A stretch of DNA of 34,353 bases from Brevinematia bacterium (GTDB lineage: Bacteria; Spirochaetota; Brevinematia; DTOW01): positions 1-34,353 of the forward strand of contig JBMFQU010000004.1 of NCBI GenBank assembly GCA_049968435.1, in the 5' to 3' direction. The notes under the pieces were generated by a model. The model made no database searches and had not been told where the DNA came from. It saw nothing but the letters and a program-made list of their open reading frames with translations. Made by a program: the position numbers and the translations under genes. Below, piece by piece: positions 22,001 to 29,700 of the stretch. The first letter of the stretch is position 1. Each line of letters opens with the position of its first letter.

Positions 22001-23703
22001 GGAACTAACAAAGACTTAAAAGCATTACTTAAAACAAAACCATCAGGTACATAAATTTCAACTGAAGAAATATCAGGATTGTTATTAAGTCCAGATGTTG
22101 AAAGATTATAAAACATGGTATAAAACTGATTACCTTCATACATAGGCGTTGGAGAATAGTTAATACTTGCGTAAATGTAAGGTTTGGAATAGACTTTAAC
22201 AGTCATACCTGTACCAATTTCTCTTGCTCTCTTCCAGCCAGTTGTAGCATAAGGTATATCCGTACCTGTATTTAGTTCTTTATTACAATCTACATAAACA
22301 TAAAACTTATAGCTTCCAGAGATATCAGGAGTACTAGGTGTAATCAACCTAAACGAAACTTTTATAGTCTTATCAGGAGTAGCAGCTCTAACTATAGAAT
22401 TGTCAGCCAAGCTTACCATCTTAAACCTTATAAGAAGACTGTCTGGATCATAAGGATCTTGCCTAACTAAAAACTGGTTAGTAGCAGGTTCACCTGAAAA
22501 TATCCTATTATTTGTATTAGCACCGGTTATATAATAAGTTTCAACCCAAACAGCATTAGTATCCCACGCACTAAATCCAGAAGGCTTTTTAACCTTTATT
22601 TCACCAACACCACTATCAGATGATGTAATATCATTTGAGATAACTATAGTATAAATATCTGTTTTATCTACGACGGTCTCGTATGGAGTTATATAAGCAT
22701 AAGTATTACTAGTGACTGTCCTTATAGTAAAATCATCCCAATAAGCTTCCTGAGACTCACTAACAAAAACCAAAGATTCATGACCAAATTCCACAACAAG
22801 GTTAGAGTACCAACCTACAGAAGTTTCAGCTACCTTATACCAACTTCCATTAGTAGCATAAGGAGAAGGATTAAAATAAATATAAACCTTACTACCATCA
22901 TGAACCATCTTCACACCAAAAACAAAAGTATTAGCATTAGTAGTACCTCTATTACCACCATAAAAATTCATATTGAGAATATTAGAACTATTATCTTGCA
23001 TATTTGTCCCTCTAAGAGCACTAAGTGAAGCAGAATTACCCCAATTATCATAAAAAGTACCCGCAGCCAAGTTTATTGGATACTTACCACCTTTATAATA
23101 ACCCCACTCTGAAGTAGTAAGATTAGAAAGCAATTCTTGATAAAGTAAAATAAAGTTATCATAGTTATCCCACTCATTTGTTTTATAGTTTTCCTCAGCA
23201 AACCATATGTTAATAGCAGATTGCTGATAACCGTCGGTGTTAGTCCTATAATCACTTACATTATCTACTCTTGACATCCTATGAACTACAGCAAATCCAA
23301 AAGGTTCTTCTGGTGTTGCAACTATAACTTTAGCTATCTGTGAATTACTAGTAGGTATGAATTTGATGCTATTACCAGCCCAATAGTTATTAAGAGTAAG
23401 CTGTCCATTGTTACCACGACCGTATATTATTAAACTATTATCAGATACACCATTAGTAGTACCTACCGTAAAGGCAGAGTACCAATTTTGGTTATCATCA
23501 TACCCTTGATTAGTGTTAGTAGTAGTGTAAAATATACCGCTTCTACCTCTAAGAGTGTGTATTTCCCATCCATTGGTGGTAATACCTGTTAGTCCATTAT
23601 TAAAAGGCTCATAGTAGGAATAAGAATAAACATCTATTAGAAACAAACCATAAAAACCTAAAATAAATACTATAAACAAAATAGATGAAATAAGACTTCT
23701 CAT
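16078..23703 (-). CDS. Giant secreted surface protein B (2541 aa): lectin-like N-domain, ~13 Ig-like repeats, carboxypeptidase-regulatory-like domain, T9SS-CTD/FlgD-Ig-like C-terminal domain
   Basis: ATG at 23703 with a GGAGG SD (23711-23715) gives a clean signal peptide. Recurrent NxGxxxNxIxxxxIxxP...YxxxxxxLxxGxxDxI units. The C-terminus reads PNPFTPN...KIYDLSGKLLR...WDGKDQDGVYVSNGAYIYVV...VILVK. Confidence 0.8.
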   Translation of the reverse strand: MRSLISSILFIVFILGFYGLFLIDVYSYSYYEPFNNGLTGITTNGWEIHTLRGRSGIFYTTTNTNQGYDDNQNWYSAFTVGTTNGVSDNSLIIYGRGNNGQLTLNNYWAGNSIKFIPTSNSQIAKVIVATPEEPFGFAVVHRMSRVDNVSDYRTNTDGYQQSAINIWFAEENYKTNEWDNYDNFILLYQELLSNLTTSEWGYYKGGKYPINLAAGTFYDNWGNSASLSALRGTNMQDNSSNILNMNFYGGNRGTTNANTFVFGVKMVHDGSKVYIYFNPSPYATNGSWYKVAETSVGWYSNLVVEFGHESLVFVSESQEAYWDDFTIRTVTSNTYAYITPYETVVDKTDIYTIVISNDITSSDSGVGEIKVKKPSGFSAWDTNAVWVETYYITGANTNNRIFSGEPATNQFLVRQDPYDPDSLLIRFKMVSLADNSIVRAATPDKTIKVSFRLITPSTPDISGSYKFYVYVDCNKELNTGTDIPYATTGWKRAREIGTGMTVKVYSKPYIYASINYSPTPMYEGNQFYTMFYNLSTSGLNNNPDISSVEIYVPDGFVLSNAFKSLLVPSNYIYLTNYGGSNRVRVDYAAAGNLIPGENGIDRIEFYVIQTPDLPVGISTSNFTWPMWAYDRFGNGMFGAGTNTNSIYKTQVVQVIIPSARALGSIYPPKADNSRPTNTFSYTVINDGPLGNDIIKMFILFDTNYITNYAWGLSNNSTYFPALLYTTNISGLGFGIFVDYTNASKPLRSGSNDVIYFTTVHKRSVSDPPVGAAFVVYADNGNTEGLRPGSEYSPNSWTVLITPPDPEGKAYIATNKIHTTIVSFSFTNFIYNTGAPGNNISKARISVPSGFVINNVSLIPGQSWLTNSANIQVSGNNIILNYDNEGVDLKSVYENSSYFDRILITLSNTNYFVPTNLVIQTYVSNSRGETNAQDKSSSERQVLYIEWPDVQAWVSLYNTNTNSYIGLGDIDSSTITNVLFLRVSNLGVSSGSGNKIYSLMINIPTNISTNVFDIQSSVISFDNIWCTFSNNYVVINYLGELTNIPPGGEDLITFKMVDFVENSRPNVSFVVSASNQKAFQSITNGSWTLNFKLPHVYMGAKIDSQVVYTSSTPTNVSLKFIITNAGFGSNRLYRVKVNIPPVYQGKIVGVSSSIIGGSGIAITPSNFTINYINLSTNLPAGYVDNVIVTFSNTFSVPTNGEFVVMASNGSDYYSDGWEEGTNIIYSTDDKKLWITEQPSIAINPTQIWTTQNTNDFVLTITNGLSVNSKDVHRIAIYLPSIFDISNVNVLNTTPTTLSANPILTVDTNNRRIIVSFVSEKLSGTKVHSVQIRGIDNFNYGETNVIWNVGVDYNDGYSNNNFPYIPSGSGSTFVKLPPSRIYGKLIPNNVYYDLDEIDMKLELTNFGEKYNDVYWVRIFLPNIVTNVVVLSNKIPANINYYSSSNMIFVDYAISNTNLASGVKDIIYFTAYDNVDNYMIYSTNLKVEVANYPSNVYYTNALELVPGDLNYNIDNPPYRANYRVEPNIVSAFENGFVMYKVFVDNAGNTGNNARTLVLSYPFVLITNDMVVSNSYGNALVYLLTNSIVVDYTNTSGLAVGSNDIIYVHARDNWVIGDTNGVFNLKVKFDTSGGKFVKGRVVGGTNIVSYISSPPYAYTKLLNREAYYPNPNPTITIILSNGGSGDNSITRLDINIPTALQIGFNIANVTSDYATNKSYSGGVLTLLYDNLPVNVVDYVRIKISNTNVAGTSFNITGTAYNGVTNANIIPTDLLDMTLRFIQPPTAELLTTSLNALLRTNVISVKIDNNTSGDASVKNFLVSLNSPFTNVISVSNTKPSVISISNNTNIYVSYTNGLSKGDNDSLTIVAVDDFNIGNTNSVVGFYVNEGLGYVPPNIGLNSNIISIVMPPAQGYADLVNKYVLLSVVPGVPSTNVVRIVFTNTGEEMNNITFVKVVLPSLVSNFLSLSNQIGGAIISNSNNFVFIHYTNDGIASGQKDIGWFVFENYYNAKTNVKIDVYYDNGLGVEQFINSSPGNTLNLLFDFPEAPADFRIIKPYNIAWSIDTNHTIVFRVDNNSYSYPIVSIRIPYASSNYSIENVRSSNNYISSWSVSNGYLFVNTFIPTRRSEYILVDISYNAYSNTNIINTTNNMKGMVYYQGGEDYEDVNVLATETADFIIAFANFGRVLGLVKPYYKDITVKLVYSGTESVVIDNVYSNNILSSLTTNTNINNVLIGSYMLDFIPSGTYDILVTSSKYRKLVIKNITVSANRITNIGMIVLSNMPFSTEAREEQSVVSLDDGNTALIVPPGALLNDFSVDIISRLATAEEQAGVLNSKGASRLDDLSQMKVYELIMKTIPGSDIFENPLKSDVILKFYYDENYITSQGWSEDSLSVWYWKDTTKEWVRIGGKVDKDNNFIYIKTRYLHRVYAIMGDGNIKKEGIVRNVKASPNPFTPNIHGNQADYKYGMLKITFELDKPYDKGYVKIYDLSGKLLRILEFDGSFGQGEVYWDGKDQDGVYVSNGAYIYVVVAGGTVGYRSTVILVK

Positions 23704-23716
23704 AATACTACCTCCT

Positions 23717-26700
23717 TTACTTAACAAGCACAATTGTGCCTGTATATACATTTTCACCTGCTTTTATCCTGAAAATATACACTCCACTTCTTACCATCTT
23801 ACCGTCCATATCCGTACCATCCCATCCAATTTCACCATTTATAAACCCTTCACTACTCTGTTTCTTTATCCTCTTTACTAATCTACCATCAACTGAGTAG
23901 ATTGAAACCTCATATTCGTTATAAGGTTTATCAAACTCAAAAGATATTTTTGCAACACCATAACTTGGATCAGTTCTACCACCACCAACTGGTGTAAACA
24001 CTTTTGGAGAAGCATTAACATTTCTTATAACATTTGTAAATTCTTTACTTGATTCAAAAATTCCATAGTACCTATGTAGGTAAGAAACCTTAGAGATTAT
24101 AAATTTATTTACTTTATCAACCTGACCACCTAGCCTAATCCAATCACCTGTAGTATCTTTCCAGTAGTATATACCTAATTTATCTTCATTTGCATAAGCA
24201 TTACTGATAACAGAAGGATAATAGAAATAAAGTATTATATCTCCACTTATACCAACTTCTTTAAGTAATTCCTCATAAGAATAGCCCCTTACATCCAAGA
24301 AATAACATTTCAGACTGTCATAATTAGAAGGTTTACCTATATCACCATTCTTCTGAATACCATACTTCTGAAGTTCAGTTAAATTAGTTACATAAAGGTC
24401 AACAGAAAAATCTCTGTAAATATCACCAGACTTAACGATAACTTTACTCTTATTATCAGAGCCAGAAACTATATCTTGATCATTTTGAGAACTCTTACTA
24501 AACGGCTTATTAAGCATATAAATGGTACCTACAAAATTATTTTTATTCTTTTCAACAGTAAACTCTTTAATCATAAATCTATAATTTTCGTTTTCAAACA
24601 TAAGTAAAACTTTGTTATTACTATCAGGGTAAGCTTCTTGTATATAGAAAGAACCATCCGCAGTAGATGAAACAGCAACTATATCATCACCTTGGCTATC
24701 CTTTTTGACATTACCATTTTGATCAACTTGTTTTATGTTTACAGAGTATCTATAAGGAGTTACATAACCTTTTATTCTACCAAACGGAGCATTGGTAACA
24801 TAAGCAACTTGAGATAAACCAAAAGGTTTAACCAGAAAAGAGTTTGTATTAGTAGCACCAGTCAACCAAACTTGTCCTGTCATAACTATAGGATAGAAAT
24901 TAGTTAAATTATAAGAAACTTTTATAGTTATCAAGTCTTCTTTATTGAAATCAAAGAAACCATTAGGATAATTTACAACTATTAAATTGCCAATATTGGT
25001 GATACTTATAGAAGCATTCGAAATCATTTGGAATGAAGTTAAACTTTGAATATTGAAGTTAGTAAAGTCAAAGTTTATGATAACATTTGTTACATATACA
25101 TCTCTTGATCTATTTATGATTTTATATTCAATCGTAGCATTTGTATTGATAGTGTATATATTCTGTCCCTTATTTATATAACCAAGGACCAAAAGTGGTG
25201 GATATTGGACATTTAAAACTGTTGAACCTCCTAATATAGTATCCCCAAGATACCAAGGACCACCATATTCATTTCCTGCCATAAATATGAAAGATACATT
25301 AGTGATCATTTCATAGTAATTCTCAGCAACAAAGTAGTATTCATCATAATCGCTAGCACTGATACCAGAAGTATTAGAATACCATATCTCGTAATACGGT
25401 GTATTAACAAAATTAGAAGCAATTCCTCCTAATCTATTACTAACCAAAGTTAAACTAACGAAGCCCCAAGGAATATTAAATCTTACCTTTAGAAGTTTAT
25501 TAGAGCCTTTACCTTCATTAGTTACAGTGAATTTAAAATCGTTAGAAAACTCTGTCACATAGATCTTAGTAGGTGTAATTGAAGCTTTCATATAAGCAGG
25601 TGGCATAACATAAGTTATATTATTTGTATAACCCAAAAATATAGAAAACTTTCTCCATGTAGCACTACCATCATCAAAATATCCATCTATACTTACATTG
25701 GTACTTCCTATATCCAAAGTATCATAACCGAAAAATGTGATACTATCTTGATCACCAGGTAATACAGGGCTACCATCATAGTCAATTATTATATTACTAT
25801 TGCCATCATTACTTATGTAACTTCCACCCACTTTAGTGCTTGATATATTACTTAACGTTGAGAATAACCAAATAGGTAACTCTATTTTTACCTTGTATAT
25901 GGATTTAACACCTGTTGTATCATTCTTTATAGAAACCAAATAATTTGTAAAGTAATCACTAGTATCTACAGCATTTGGTAAAACATACATAGAAGGTAGT
26001 TTTTCAACTTTAAAAGTTAGCTCTGAAAAACTACTCTCTGAAAATACATTGGTATTCTTTGAATTCCATACAACACCCGTAAACTGTAAATTAGTTTTAG
26101 AAGAGAAAACATTACTCAATCTTAAGGTAAGATAATTTGTCATTCCTACCTCAAAATCAGTTAAGTAGTTTAGATAAACAGAATTACCTACAATAGAATA
26201 ATTAGCATTCTGAGCACTAATAACATTTTTCAATGCAAATCCTGGTACATCTATTCTAGCACCTCTTATTATGTTCTTATCAACGCCGGTATTACTCAAA
26301 ACAATAGTTAAATCAAACTCTTTATCAGAGGTGTATATTTCCTTTGGATTTGGTGAAACAATATAGCCAACAGCATAAGGCAAAGGCATGACAAAGGATA
26401 CATAATTCACCTTACCCACAACAACATTATTAGTCTTCTCTTTGCCGGCAGTAGTAGTAAACACAGAAGTAGAATACCATACAATATTAGTTTCTCCTTC
26501 AACCAAATTATCCTTAAACTTTATTGTAACAACATCATTGGCTCCTGGAATTAGAACATTAGTGTACTGAACAATTATTTTATCATTTGAAATGCTAGTA
26601 ATACCACCATAAGCGCTACTAACTTGCATACCATTAGTTTCAACAATACTACCTATAGCAGGAATATTAATAATCAATTTTTCAAGAGAATTACCTGCAC

Positions 26701-29700
26701 CACCTAAGTTAAATACATAATACATTAATTGGTTAGTTTGCTCACTCGTAGAATAAACCTTATAGTAATCTGAAGGATTGCCAGAAATCCTATTAAACAT
26801 TTCAAGATAAACATCTACCCTATAGTTAGGTCTCTCAATTATGTTAGAGAGAGATCTACCCTCTGTTATCATAGCATTTGTATAAGCAGTAGATACAGTA
26901 GAATTATTTACTCTAACTACCCAATAAGAATTAGTAATACCTCCAACAGAAGAAGTATCATCTATATTATCCCAACCTACAAGAGTAATAGTATCATTAC
27001 TACTTGGTAATATAGATTTGCTAGCTTCCCAATATTTCAAAACAACAATATTGTTATTCGAAATGTAAATATTACCTGTACCCAAAATAGCACTTGTAAC
27101 TGAAGTTATATTGGTTATAAAGGCCGAAGGTAGTATAGTAACTTCTTTTATTTCATTACCAGGTTCGCCAATATTCTTTATAGTAAATGTATATGTGTAG
27201 TTTGAAAAATCTTCACTAACATTAATAGGCTCTACATAAGCTTCTGCTAAAGCAAAATTGTATATTATATCAACAACATTAGTCCTACCAGGTTCTACTA
27301 ATGTAGTTCTACCATCAAATCCTTTACCATCACCATAGTCAACCTCAGCAAACCAGAAAGTATTAGTACTATAAAATTCATTATAGGTACTCAAAAGATT
27401 AGATAAAACGATTGTATCATTTTGATTCTGAGGAATAGGTGTAGAATAGGTGAGTATAACATAGTTAGAACCTAAAGACCAAGAAGCACCTCTAGCACTA
27501 CTAACAACTAAATCGTTTGTAACAAAAGGATAAGGTATATATATTTTTACCCCACTAACACTATACCCTGAACCTACATTAACATAGTTAGTAAAAACAG
27601 ATCTAGTTTGTGCTGAAGCTATACTATTAGGTAGTATATAATAAGTAGAAGGAAGGACAATATATGTATTTGAGGTATAATCAGTTAAGACACCTATATT
27701 AGTTATAGGTGGAAACTCAGGTGAATTATCAGCCCACACAGCCCAACCATTGGTAGAAACATTTGTCATGTTATTTGAGAAATATATTTTTATTAAATCA
27801 TAACCAGAAGCAGGCAATCCTCTAAAAGCATCACCCATAACATTAGAATAAGATAACTCTATCTTAGTACTATCCCAAGTTATATAACTAACATTAGTCC
27901 AACTACCAATTACATTGGTTATTTTACCTTGGAAAGCAGAAGGTATATCAATCTTAACATAGGTAAGCTCATTAGCACCTGTACCCATATTAGTAATAAG
28001 CATTAATAAAAAGTTATTATTTGAATTAGCATTACTAGCTATTATTACATTATTACTAACACCATACCTAGCATTAACTGGGGGATCAGAAACTAATACA
28101 TTGTTAGTATAAAGATTGGTAAATTCTCCTCTCTTATTAGAAACAGTTATTATGAAATCAACATTAGTTGAATAATTAATATGATCAACAACATAAGCAG
28201 TTATTACATCACGATAGGTACCGTATATACCAATATTGTAAGTGACATTTATATTAATATTCCCACCTTCCGTAGTAATATAAACATAAGAAGAATCACT
28301 TCCCATTATATCGCTACTAATTCCATAAACATTAGTAGAAAAGTATGAAGGAACCTTAATTTTAACATGCATTATTGAATTCTTAACATGATAGTAAAGA
28401 TTAGTTATAGTAAAAGTAATCTGATTCGTGGAAGAAGCTCTGTCTATATAACCACCAGGAACACTTAACCAATTACTTGCACTAACTCTGGAATATATAA
28501 AATGTAAATCTTGGTTATTATCAAAAGGTACAGGACAAGCAATCGCTTTATTAAAATTAGTAGAATTGGCTATATAAACTTGTAGAGTTAAATTAGTAAC
28601 ATTATTGACATCATATCTAATCCGGAATGAAATGGTATCATTTTGGCCTGAAAGCAATCTATTTCCAGCACCATCATAATTAGCAACAATGAAATTACTA
28701 CCACCAATGTTTGTTGTATAAACATAAGAAGTACTAAGCTTAACAGAAGAAATATTAGCAACATTAGTTATCAAATTAGGGTAATATATATACGCAGTAA
28801 ATATATCATTACCATCTTCACCTTCATTCTGTATGTACATCTGTACTTGTACATCGTTCGTATCTATATACACATGATGGAATGCAGTACCTGGAACATC
28901 TCCATCCTCTTCGTTAGGAGAGGTTATCTTAGCAAGTCCTCTGGGAGGAGGTGTAATAACTCTAATATCCAACCCCGTAAACGAAGCAGTAGTTGGCACC
29001 CAACCATCACCATTAAGGTTATCTACCCAAGATGGGAAAGAGTTAGTAAACTCATTAGTAAGTGGAGGTACATTATCCCACCCTACAAATGTAATTACAC
29101 AATTCGTCCCTGCTGGCAAGTTAGTACTCACCGCCTGGAAATCAATAGTCAAAAAGTTAGTACCACCTATATCACCAAAAGTAGTATTAGCAGGTATGGT
29201 AGTAGATATATCACTTACATTTGTTATCCAAGAGGGTAACATTATTCTTGCTTTAGCTATGTTATTACCAGCAAATCCTTCGTTCCTCAAAACATACTTA
29301 TAAATGTTTGTTATAGAAGTATTCTCAATGTAACTAACATCATTAGTTTGAGCAACAATCCAAGCAGCAACTTTTGCTCTAGGTCTCCTACTCTCAATAG
29401 TTCTACTCGGATAAGAAGAATTGGTACTAACCATAACCCACAAATTTTGAATACCACCAACATCTTTGTTATTAACATAAGCAAACCAATCGTCATACCT
29501 ATTAGTTATGTCAATAGGCGTACCGTAAGTCTTTATAACTATCTCATCTAAACCATTCACAGAAGGAATAGATTTATCCTCCTTCCAGTACTCAATGTAA
29601 ATATTTGTAATCCCTCCTTCGTTAGTTATCCTTATACTATTAATAGGATCAGTTATAAGAATGCTACTAATATTCGTTTCAAATGCTGTATTAGGTTTAA

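Noticed and set aside
23704-23757. 18-aa N-terminal extension of giant protein B
   Set aside because: It overlaps the upstream gene. ATG 23703 has a GGAGG SD and yields a proper signal peptide.
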